Virus record (IMG/VR): IMGVR_UViG_3300021962_000058
Coordinates: 1 to 64,000 of that record
Source: a virus
Reading direction: 5' to 3' (one strand)
DNA: 64,000 nucleotides
Program-made: the position numbers and the translations under genes
Notes under the pieces: model-generated
Seen by the model: only the letters and a program-made list of their open reading frames with translations
Databases searched by the model: none
Told to the model about the DNA's origin: nothing
Shown: piece by piece, positions 26,096 to 35,200 of the stretch
Layout: the number at the start of each line of letters is the position of its first letter
Numbering within the stretch: position 1 is the stretch's first letter

Positions 26096-26146
26096 TCTGA
26101 CCCGCTGATCTGCTACAATACTCTCAGTTCAAACGACCCCAGACCG

Positions 26147-26347
26147 ATGACCGAAGCATACGCGATCTTCACCACTGGCACCGACTACTACGACCGCCCC
26201 GAACTGTTCGGACTCTATGTTTCCGCTGAGAAGGCAGAGGCAGAGGCAGCGGTGCTCCGCGAGCGCCTGGAGGATCCCGACTGTGCAGAATTCGAAGGGC
26301 AGCGCCTCTACGATCAGGTGACCGTGACCTACGTTCCGATCCGCTGA
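26147..26347 (+). CDS. hypothetical cassette protein
   Basis: 66 aa between repeats. Confidence 0.7.
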   Translation: MTEAYAIFTTGTDYYDRPELFGLYVSAEKAEAEAAVLRERLEDPDCAEFEGQRLYDQVTVTYVPIR

Positions 26348-26415
26348 GATCCGATGGGGGGTTGACCGATCGCCCCCCTACCCTCTACAATTCTCTCAGT
26401 TCACAACCCGAACCG

Positions 26416-26604
26416 ATGAACGACACCTTCGCTCAGATCCTCTGGAACGCCACCAACCCTGAGACTGGTACGATCCGATTCTCCACCGCCGCTCAGGCAG
26501 CAAAGGAACATGGTCTGTGGGATGACTTCCGCAGCGACTATGCCACCCTCTCTCAGTTCGGCGGTGTTGATACTGGTGAGTTCCTGGAGTGGTTGGGGTA
26601 TTGA
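26416..26604 (+). CDS. hypothetical cassette protein
   Basis: ATG after TTGACC-18-TACAAT promoter. Confidence 0.7.
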   Translation: MNDTFAQILWNATNPETGTIRFSTAAQAAKEHGLWDDFRSDYATLSQFGGVDTGEFLEWLGY

Positions 26605-26654
26605 CCCCTGCCCCCTGATGCCTTACAATTCTCTCAGTTCACACCCCACCGATC

Positions 26655-26840
26655 ATGGCAATCTACTCCGCCTGCTCCAACCTTGAAACCCGCGAAACCA
26701 TGTGGGTTGCACGCAAGACTGATGACGCCCCCCAGTACACGTTCGCTGGTCAGATCAACCCCGTAGAGGGTTGGTGGTTGGCAGGTGTCTCCGCCGATCG
26801 CTACGCTTCGGACGTGGTGGCACCCCAGTGGGAGGGGTGA
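26655..26840 (+). CDS. hypothetical cassette protein
   Basis: ATG after TTGACC-17-TACAAT promoter (26601-26629). Confidence 0.7.
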   Translation: MAIYSACSNLETRETMWVARKTDDAPQYTFAGQINPVEGWWLAGVSADRYASDVVAPQWEG

Positions 26841-26928
26841 CCCCCCATCCTAGCACACGGGCAGTGGGTGCGTGGGATGCAGGTCCCCCGCCGCCCGCCC
26901 CGTGCGGTCGCGGCGCGTGATGGGGGGT
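26840..26928. other. very GC-rich fold-back element closing the cassette array
   Basis: ACCCCCCATC pairs with GATGGGGGGT, enclosing about 70 nt of GC-rich non-coding sequence. Confidence 0.55.
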
Positions 26929-27079
26929 TGTTATAAAAACCCCTAACTACCCTAACCTACAAAGTGTTACGGACGCGAGAGAAATATCAGACTCATTAAA
27001 CATCGAAAATCAAAAAATTTTTCGCCAATAAAAAGTTCTCATAAGGTTGATATATAAAAAATAAAAAAATATCAAAAGA

Positions 27080-27250
27080 ATGAGAAAAAAATCCGGAGAA
27101 GAAAAACGCCCCATAGAAGTCGATCCGATCAGTGGGGAGTATTCGATTAAACTACCAGAATGGATGGTCAATGAGCTTTCGTGGTACGAGGATACTGAGA
27201 TTACGTTTACCTTAGAGGGTAGTGAACTTATACTTTCAGAATCCGAATGA
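27080..27250 (+). CDS. AbrB/MazE-like small DNA-binding protein (56 aa)
   Basis: Hand-translated IEVDPISGEYSIKLPEWMVNELSWYEDTEITFTLEGSELILS. Confidence 0.65.
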   Translation: MRKKSGEEKRPIEVDPISGEYSIKLPEWMVNELSWYEDTEITFTLEGSELILSESE

Positions 27251-27405
27251 AAAAATATGATATCTATGTAAAAGATAGATGTATCTTTCATTCAGTAACT
27301 GAAAGTGAATTCAAAACGACATGGAGCACTTTGAATATTATGGTCGGAATTATGAAGACTGAATACTGTTCAGAGGACCTCCATTACAAAGAAGTAGTTG
27401 ATTGA
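27247..27405 (+). CDS. hypothetical protein (52 aa)
   Basis: Hand-translated MKKYDIYVKDRCIFHSVTESEF; similar to 28210..28374. Confidence 0.65.
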   Translation: MKKYDIYVKDRCIFHSVTESEFKTTWSTLNIMVGIMKTEYCSEDLHYKEVVD

Positions 27406-27430
27406 CAATCACTACATAATACTGTATGAT
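27402..27430 (+). promoter_or_regulatory. sigma70-type promoter
   Basis: TTGACA-17-TATGAT. Confidence 0.8.
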
Positions 27431-27452
27431 ATGACTGAAAATTAATCAAGTT

Positions 27453-28208
27453 ATGACAAAAGGATTTACTGTAAAGGCAAAGAGTCCAGTAGTCACCAAA
27501 GAACCTGAATGGGACTACGACAAGGCAAGAGAAATGGTACGTGGAAAGACAATTGTATTTTGTCTTCCTGGACGTGGTGTTTCCTATACATATCTGAAAA
27601 ACTTTGTACAACTTTGTTTTGATCTTGTACAAGCAGGTGCAAGTATTCAGATCTCACAAGATTATAGTTCAATGGTGAACTTTGCACGTTGTAAGTGTCT
27701 GGGTGCAAATGTTCTGCGCGGTCCTGATCAAAAGCCTTGGGATGGAAAACTGAATTATGATTGGCAACTGTGGATTGATAGTGATATCGTCTTTAACAGT
27801 GAAAAGTTCTGGCAACTCGTTCTGATGGATCAAGACATTGCCGCTGGTTGGTATTGTACCGAAGATGGTATGACCACCTCAGTTGCACACTGGTTGGATG
27901 AAGATGATTTCAGAGGCAATGGTGGTGTCATGAATCACGAAACTCTGGAAAGCATTCAGAAGCGTCGGAAACCATTTACTGTTGATTACACTGGATTTGG
28001 TTGGGTTCTGATCAAGAACGGTGTGTTTGAGCACGAAGAGATGAAGTATCCTTGGTTTGCACCGAAGATGCAGGTCTTTGAATCTGGTGAAGTTCAAGAC
28101 ATGTGTGGAGAAGATGTATCCTTCTGTTTGGATGCAAAAGAAGCAGGATTTGAAATCTGGTGCGATCCTCGCATTCGCGTCGGTCACGAAAAGTCACGTA
28201 TTATCTAA
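27453..28208 (+). CDS. GT-A fold glycosyltransferase-like protein
   Basis: WIDSDIVF DxD motif, GFG..LI...VF, GEDV.FC, GH.K. Confidence 0.75.
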   Translation: MTKGFTVKAKSPVVTKEPEWDYDKAREMVRGKTIVFCLPGRGVSYTYLKNFVQLCFDLVQAGASIQISQDYSSMVNFARCKCLGANVLRGPDQKPWDGKLNYDWQLWIDSDIVFNSEKFWQLVLMDQDIAAGWYCTEDGMTTSVAHWLDEDDFRGNGGVMNHETLESIQKRRKPFTVDYTGFGWVLIKNGVFEHEEMKYPWFAPKMQVFESGEVQDMCGEDVSFCLDAKEAGFEIWCDPRIRVGHEKSRII

Positions 28209-28209
28209 G

Positions 28210-28374
28210 ATGGCACAAGAGCGGTATAATATTCTCTGTAACGGTCGGAAAATATACCAAAACCTTACAGAGGAAGAATACTTCGATACTATGGAGGATC
28301 TGTCCCAACAGTTTTATGAGACAGGTTCTCCAAGTCCAAGCGAACTTGAAACTGAAATTTATTTGGAGAATTAA
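28210..28374 (+). CDS. hypothetical protein
   Basis: ATG 28210 (MAQERYNI...). Confidence 0.7.
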   Translation: MAQERYNILCNGRKIYQNLTEEEYFDTMEDLSQQFYETGSPSPSELETEIYLEN

Positions 28375-28377
28375 ACA

Positions 28378-28533
28378 ATGGCTGCAAAATCCAGTGGTGG
28401 TCTCAACAAAAGAACGTCTTATATTCCTGGACCTCCTAAAAAGTCTCGCCAAGGCGATGGCATGGGAACCAAATATGCCGCGTCTTCTCGCAATGGAGCA
28501 CGTAAAAAGTATAGAGGACAAGGTAAAGGATAA
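28378..28533 (+). CDS. small basic protein (51 aa)
   Basis: Hand-translated PKKSRQG...KKYRGQGKG; GGAG RBS. Confidence 0.7.
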   Translation: MAAKSSGGLNKRTSYIPGPPKKSRQGDGMGTKYAASSRNGARKKYRGQGKG

Positions 28534-29168
28534 TGGCATATTTAAACCATAGTCTTCCTGATTGGTCTTGTTATATTCGTAATGAATTCTTATTCAACCA
28601 TAAAAAGGGACATGGTGAAGTAACCAAATGTGATGTACATTCGGTCGCAAGTATTGAGAAAAGAGTTCCTCTATTTGAGGCATTTCTTGAAAATGGCGTG
28701 AATTGGACTCGGCGTCCTCTTCACGCTTTTTGCTGGAAACCCGATGCTGCAATCGAACCTCTTGAAGATATTATGTATTGGGATTGCTTTTCACCATATA
28801 TTGATGTGCAAAAACGTGCTCGTCTTGCTGGATTACAGGCAGAATTGATTCGTCCAGATGGAAAAAAGGTTCTTGGAACCTATATGTTCACTCTTGATTG
28901 GTCATGGGAGAACAAAGGAGTTCCAGATCTTAATTTTTCAGAAACTCCTGAGCATAAATGTGCTCATTTGTTCAAAGTTGAGACTGGAAATTACTATGCT
29001 TATCCAAATAATCGCATTATTTGGTATGATAATGCCTGGACTTTTAATCGAATTAATAAAAATCCTGGATATGAGATTGATTTAACGACATATTCGGTCG
29101 AAAATAAGAGAAAACTTGAAACTTCCGACCATTATATGTACGAAATTACAGATTTGGATCAGAAATAA
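28533..29168 (+). CDS. conserved phage hypothetical protein
   Basis: 211 aa; WDCFS, HKC.H, YPNNR motifs. Confidence 0.8.
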   Translation: MAYLNHSLPDWSCYIRNEFLFNHKKGHGEVTKCDVHSVASIEKRVPLFEAFLENGVNWTRRPLHAFCWKPDAAIEPLEDIMYWDCFSPYIDVQKRARLAGLQAELIRPDGKKVLGTYMFTLDWSWENKGVPDLNFSETPEHKCAHLFKVETGNYYAYPNNRIIWYDNAWTFNRINKNPGYEIDLTTYSVENKRKLETSDHYMYEITDLDQK

Positions 29169-29206
29169 ATAAATTTTTTAATCAAACTGAGTTGAAACAA
29201 TATTCG

Positions 29207-29533
29207 ATGGGCAAGCACCTGCTCCTAGAGGTGTATGATGTGGATTTTGAAGCGATTAATGACGTAGAATCGCTTCAAAATGCAATGATTAGAGGTATTA
29301 ATCGTGCCAAAATGACGATTTTGAACACTTTTTCACATTGTTTCATACCACAAGGGTGTACAGTCGTCATTGCACTTGCAGAAAGTCACGTTTCTTGCCA
29401 CACTTGGCCAGAAAATGGGTGTTTGGCAGTAGATGTGTACACTTGTGGAGATGGAAACCCACGACTAATTGCTCTTGAAATCTTAAAATATCTCAATTCA
29501 GACTCATATTCACTTCGTGAAGTCGATCGTTAA
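29207..29533 (+). CDS. speD: S-adenosylmethionine decarboxylase proenzyme
   Basis: MGKHLL...LAESHVSCHTWPE...DVYTCG; start could be TTG 29192. Confidence 0.93.
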   Translation: MGKHLLLEVYDVDFEAINDVESLQNAMIRGINRAKMTILNTFSHCFIPQGCTVVIALAESHVSCHTWPENGCLAVDVYTCGDGNPRLIALEILKYLNSDSYSLREVDR

Positions 29534-29600
29534 ATAGACATAAGGAGATAGCAACCTCCTTTATAAAAGTTCTGTTTTATTCATTAAAACAGGAGCTAAA

Positions 29601-29843
29601 ATGTCGAATTTACCAGTCGATAGAGACTCAAACTACATGTATCAGATGTGGGGAACCACTAGACTTACAAGTGATTATGGTAGTTTAGAGGAAAAAAGGG
29701 TGATTCAAGAGGTCATACACGATCTTGCACCTAGACATGATTTAAAAAAACAAGAAGAATTGCATGAAAAGATTCGTAATGATGAAGATTATGATGATTG
29801 GGAGTATGGAACAGAGCCAACATATGGAATTCCTTGGAAATAG
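29601..29843 (+). CDS. hypothetical protein
   Basis: 80 aa with AGGAG RBS. Confidence 0.75.
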   Translation: MSNLPVDRDSNYMYQMWGTTRLTSDYGSLEEKRVIQEVIHDLAPRHDLKKQEELHEKIRNDEDYDDWEYGTEPTYGIPWK

Positions 29844-29875
29844 CGAATAAATAATCTGAGAAAATCTATATCTCA

Positions 29876-30274
29876 ATGGCAGTTACAAGAATATCCAGAG
29901 GATATAAAGATATTAGTCTTTCTTTTGATCCACATCCTGTGACAAAAGATTTACCTACTTTGACGAATGAGAGAGCAATTTCAAGATCTGTCCGTAATTT
30001 GGTTGAAACTAACTTGACGGAAAGATTTTTTAATCCCTTTCTCGGATCGAATGTACGTAGATCTTTATTCGAATTTATTGATTATGGTACTGCATCTGCA
30101 ATCCAAGATCAAATTGTAACTACCATTGAGAACTTTGAACCAAGGGTTAATAATGTTCGGGTTGAGGTAGAACCAAGACCTGATGAAAATACTTTTGAAG
30201 TGGCAGTTTTTTTTGATATTATTGGAGAAACTTTAAGACAACAATTTTCATTCTTATTAGAGGCAACAAGATAA
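29876..30274 (+). CDS. gp25: baseplate wedge subunit gp25
   Basis: YKDISLSF..HP.T.D, ER.F.P..GS, FEPRV; AATAAATA at 29846. Confidence 0.92.
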   Translation: MAVTRISRGYKDISLSFDPHPVTKDLPTLTNERAISRSVRNLVETNLTERFFNPFLGSNVRRSLFEFIDYGTASAIQDQIVTTIENFEPRVNNVRVEVEPRPDENTFEVAVFFDIIGETLRQQFSFLLEATR

Positions 30275-30275
30275 A

Positions 30276-32201
30276 ATGCCTTTTACACAGTTTACGAATC
30301 TAGATTTCGATCAAATTAAGACTCAAATCAAGAGTTATCTCCGTGCAAATTCAAATTTCACGGATTTTGATTTTGAGGGATCAAACTTTTCTGTGTTGAT
30401 TGACACGTTAGCGTATAACACGTATATTACGGCATTCAACTCTAATATGATCGTGAATGAATCCTTCTTGGATTCTGCCGTTTTAAGAGAAAACGTTGTT
30501 TCGCTAGCAAGAAATATTGGTTACGTACCACGTTCCAGAAGCGCCGCTAGGGCGTCTATTACGTTTGATGTACCAACTAATACCTCCAGTCCTTTCATCA
30601 CTCTACAAGCGGGTCTGGTGTGTGTTGGCGTATCAGATGACACTTCATATAGATTCTCAATTTCTGAGGATATTACTACAACAGTAAAGGATGGAATTGC
30701 AAGATTTGGATCTTCTTCATCTCCTATCTTAGTCTATCAAGGAACATACCTGACCAAACAATGGGTAGTTGATGGATCCCAAGATCAAAGATTTATTTTA
30801 GAAAATTCTGGAATTGATACTTCCAGAATTGTTGTGTATGTAAGAGGTATCAATGATAGTGGATTAGGAAGAGAATATTTCAAAGTTGATAATATTTTAA
30901 ATATTGATAAGAATTCTGAAATTTATTTAATACAAGAAGTTCAGGATGAGAAGTATGAACTTCTTTTTGGTGATGGATATTTTGGCAAAAAACTTGAAAA
31001 TAATGCAGTAATCACTGCACGATATATTGTGACAGAGGGAGTGGACGGAAATGGAGCGTCTTCTTTTGCATTTCAAGGAAATTTTGTTGACGCATCTGGT
31101 GTAAAAGTTATTCCATCAAGACGCATTAGTATTAATACGATTGATAGGGCTAGAAATGGTGGGGACATAGAACCCATTTCATCCGTAAAATATTTTGCGC
31201 CTAGACTATACTCATCACAATATAGAGCAGTTACTTCAAGAGACTATGAGGCGATTATACAATCAATATATTCAAATACAGAATCTGTCGCTGTTGTTGG
31301 TGGAGAAGAACTAAGTCCACCAGAATTTGGAACAGTTCAGATTAGTATTAAACCAAAAAATGGTACATATGTTTCAGATTTTGATAAGCAAAATATTCTT
31401 TCAAAATTGAAGCAGTATTCGATTGCAGGAATTAATCAAAAGATAGTCGATCTTAAAATTCTTTATGTCGAAATTGATAGTTCCATTTACTATAATGCAA
31501 ATCAAGTTTCGAATGTTAACGAGTTAAGGACTCTGATTATCAATTCATTAACTGATTACTCTAAAAATATTGACATTAATAGATTTGGTGGAAGATTCAA
31601 GTATAGCAAAATAGTTCAATTGATTGATAGGGTTGATTCTGCAATCACTTCTAATATTACAAAGGTTAAGATTAGAAGAGATATGAAGGCACTGGTGAAT
31701 CAATTTGCCCAGTATGAATTATGTTTCGGCAATCGTTTTCATATTAACCCACAAGGATATAATATAAAGAGTACAGGATTTACCGTACAAGGTTCTGATG
31801 ATATTGTTTACTTTACAGACGTTCCAAATAAAGATGCAAACGGCAATCTAGATGGAAGTGGTAAAGGTGTCTTGGCGGTAATTAGACAAACTGATAGAGG
31901 TCAAAGTCAGGTTATTTTAAAATCTATCGGAACAGTTGATTACACTAATGGGGAAATATTAGTCAATACTATTAATATTACTTCAACAGTTGCTGAAAAT
32001 GATATCATTGAAGTTCAGGCATTCCCAGATTCAAATGATGTTATCGGTCTAAAAGATTTGTATTTAAGTTTTAATGTTTCCACCAGCAAGATAAATATGC
32101 TTAAGGATGTTATTGCCTCCGGAGAGGATATCTCTGGGGTTACTTTTACAAGAGATTACTACACTTCAAGCTATTCTAACGGAGCAATCGAGAGGGAATA
32201 A
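30276..32201 (+). CDS. gp6: baseplate wedge subunit gp6
   Basis: LDFDQIK, DFDFEGS, ESFLDSA, RAVT..DY. Confidence 0.93.
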   Translation: MPFTQFTNLDFDQIKTQIKSYLRANSNFTDFDFEGSNFSVLIDTLAYNTYITAFNSNMIVNESFLDSAVLRENVVSLARNIGYVPRSRSAARASITFDVPTNTSSPFITLQAGLVCVGVSDDTSYRFSISEDITTTVKDGIARFGSSSSPILVYQGTYLTKQWVVDGSQDQRFILENSGIDTSRIVVYVRGINDSGLGREYFKVDNILNIDKNSEIYLIQEVQDEKYELLFGDGYFGKKLENNAVITARYIVTEGVDGNGASSFAFQGNFVDASGVKVIPSRRISINTIDRARNGGDIEPISSVKYFAPRLYSSQYRAVTSRDYEAIIQSIYSNTESVAVVGGEELSPPEFGTVQISIKPKNGTYVSDFDKQNILSKLKQYSIAGINQKIVDLKILYVEIDSSIYYNANQVSNVNELRTLIINSLTDYSKNIDINRFGGRFKYSKIVQLIDRVDSAITSNITKVKIRRDMKALVNQFAQYELCFGNRFHINPQGYNIKSTGFTVQGSDDIVYFTDVPNKDANGNLDGSGKGVLAVIRQTDRGQSQVILKSIGTVDYTNGEILVNTINITSTVAENDIIEVQAFPDSNDVIGLKDLYLSFNVSTSKINMLKDVIASGEDISGVTFTRDYYTSSYSNGAIERE

Positions 32202-32204
32202 AAT

Positions 32205-35200
32205 ATGTCGAATTTTGAGAAGAGAGTACAAATCAATAAAATTATTGAGAGTCAACTTCCAGAATTTTTAGTTTCTGATTTTCCAAAGGCAGTAGAATTT
32301 TTAAGACAATACTACATTTCTGAGGAATTTCAAGGTGGTAATGTAGATCTTGCTGATAACCTAGATCAGTACCTGAAACTTGATAATCTAGTTCCAGAAG
32401 TTATTGTAGGCGAAACAAAACTAACTTCTAATATTTCAGCATCTGCTGGAATTGTTACTGTTACATCAACAAAAGGATTTCCATCTGAGTATGGACTTCT
32501 GAAAATCGATAATGAAATTATTACCTACACTGGTATAACCACAAATACTTTTACTGGTTGTATTCGTGGATTTAGTGGAGTTACTGGATATAATTATCTG
32601 TCTAAGTTTGATATAGATGATGGATCAAACAAAAAATCTTTGGTATTTGAGGACACTGATTCTTCGAGTCATACATCTGGATCTACCGTTAAGAATCTAA
32701 GTGTTTTATTCTTACAAGAATTTTACAAGAAGTTAAAATATACCTTTACGCCAGGACTAGAAAATAATGATTTTGTTTCCGATTTAGATGTAGGAAATTT
32801 TATTAAACATGCAAGAGATTTTTACCAGTCAAAAGGAATTGAAGAATCGGTAAAAATTCTGTTTAAAGTTCTTTATGGTGTAAATGCGGATGTCATCGAC
32901 TTAGAAAGTAGATTAATTAAACCATCATCTGCAAACTACATACGCAGAGAAATCGTTACTGCTAAAAATATTTCTGGCGATCCCCTCAAATTAGAAGGAC
33001 AAACTATATTCAAGTCTAGTGATATCAATACAAATGCTGCGGTATCAAACGTAGAAATTTTAACAAGAGATAATGAAACTTTCTATAAATTAGAACTTTT
33101 TGTCGGATATGATGAAAAAGATTTAATTAATGGAACTTTCACAGTTCCTGGAAAAACAAAAGTACTTGAAAATGTTTCAATTGGATCTTCAATAATTTCA
33201 GTCGATTCAACCATTGGTTTCTCAGAGTCTGGAACTTTAAACTTAATTAGTAGTGGAAACTCTATAAAGTATACTTCGAAATCAGTCAATCAGTTCTTTG
33301 GATGTTCTGGAGTTGTTTCATTAATTCCTCTTGGATCTGATCTCAGATCTGATGAAACAATATATGGTTATGAAAATGGAAATATCAACAAAAGAGTTGA
33401 TCTAAGAATTACTGGTGTTATTTCTGATCTTGTATCTGTTGATGATAGTTTATTAATAGATGAGGGTGAAGAGATTTTAGTAAGAAATCTTGGAAATATT
33501 ATTGAAAATCCACCAAATGGAGAAAAAACATATAAAGAAGTATTTGCAAATACTTGGATCTACAACACAAGTACTAGATATCAAGTAAGATCTATTGTAG
33601 GGTCAACTTTCACATTATACAGTTATATTGATAAATCTAGTCTTAGTGTAGGTGATAATGTTGATATTTTAGTCAGATCTAGTAATACAGTTGTTTTTAG
33701 TAATGCAACAGTAACTAGTATCAATACTGCTGTAAATCAAATTATTTTAAGTGGAATAACTGGATTTACTCCCCAACCTCTGGTTGAATATGATATAAGA
33801 AGAAAAATAAAGAAATCTAGTAGTTTAAACGTAAATATTGATGCTGGAAATAATTCTTATATTTCAAATGTACTGAATCTATATACCGACAAAGAATATG
33901 GATATGTTGTTTCCAATTCTTTACCATCATATCAAATTAATGACGAATTAATTGAATCTTCCATACCAAATGGTTCTACATTGTATCTTTCTGGTTCAAA
34001 TGATGATCGTAAAGCATACTCTAGTATAAAATTTCCACAAAATGTTAGATTCATTGATGGAGATATTGTAATATATACTTCTTCTCAACCTTTGAATGGG
34101 TTAACTTCTGGATCAAAATATTATGTAAGATTACTTCAACCCAATGAGATAAGATTATATGAATCAAGATCACTATTGGATGCGGTAAACTTAACTGATA
34201 TCAGTGGAAACGTTATAGTTCCATATCTATTTTTTGGAAATACACAGAGTTTAAATACATCCAGTCACAGATTTACATTAGCAAAGCAAGAAAATAGAAA
34301 TATATCAGCAAATAAAATATTAAGAAAGTTTCCACTACAATCCACAAAAATTAATAATAGTGAACCAGTAAAAAGATCTATTGAAACAATTTCTGGTGGA
34401 ATAGGAGTTTTAATCGACGGTGTTGAAATTACAAATCCAGAATCAATAGAAAAAATATATTATGGACCACTAAAACAATTTGACGTTCTTAATAGTGGAA
34501 ATAATTATGATATTGTCAATCCTCCCAAAATTGTAATATCAACGGGTGCTGGCACAACCGCTTTGGTTGAACCAGTAATCAATGGAAATGTTAAAAATGT
34601 TTTTGTTGATGTTCAAGATTTTGATGTTGATGATGTTGTATCAATATCTTTAACAGGAGCAAATGGATCTGGTTGTATTTTAGAACCAGTCATAGGTGAA
34701 AGGTTTAGAGAAGTTGAATTTGATAGTAGGTCACTTAATGTAGGTGGTGGAGTAGATATTAGTGATGAGACTATTACATTTTTGAAACCACATAATTTTT
34801 ATGATGGCGAACCTATCATTTATAATCAGAATGGAAATCCTGCAATATTGACAGGAAGTTTCCAAGATATATCAAATACTGTAACTGGATCATTGGTCAC
34901 TAATGACCAATACATTGCAAAATTTGTTAACACAAGAACGATTAGACTTTTTAACAACATAAATGATTTTAATGCTGGAATTAATACTGTTGGATTCTCA
35001 ACATTAACTACATTCGGAGGAATTCATAAATTTAGAACTTTACCTAGAAGGACACTAAGATCGGTAAAAGTTTTAAATGGAGGATCCGGATACACTTATA
35101 GGAAATTAAGAGTCAAACCAACTGGAATATCCACAGATTATAGTACTGTTAATTATGAAAACCATGGATTTTCTACAGGAGAAGTCATCCACTATTCGAC

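Larger units (their letters stand above)
17771..26660 (+). repeat. dispersed promoter-cassette repeat (24-bp palindromic box, G/C hairpin, TA[TC]A[AC]T-N7-GTTCA leader) before nearly every gene
   Basis: Boxes at 17771, 18045, 18851, 19272, 19916, 21219, 22187, 22454, 22862, 23076, 23311, 23769, 24029, 24543, 24876, 25116; TATACTGATCTCAGTTCA exact at 22241, 23130, 23823, 24084, 24598, 24931, 25171. Confidence 0.92.

Noticed and set aside
22241-26640. CRISPR array from the 18-24 bp repeats
   Set aside because: Intervening sequences are 200-900 bp open reading frames and the repeats are promoter elements
26941-26959. Telomere-like CCCTAA repeat as a real telomere
   Set aside because: Only two imperfect units, internal to the sequence
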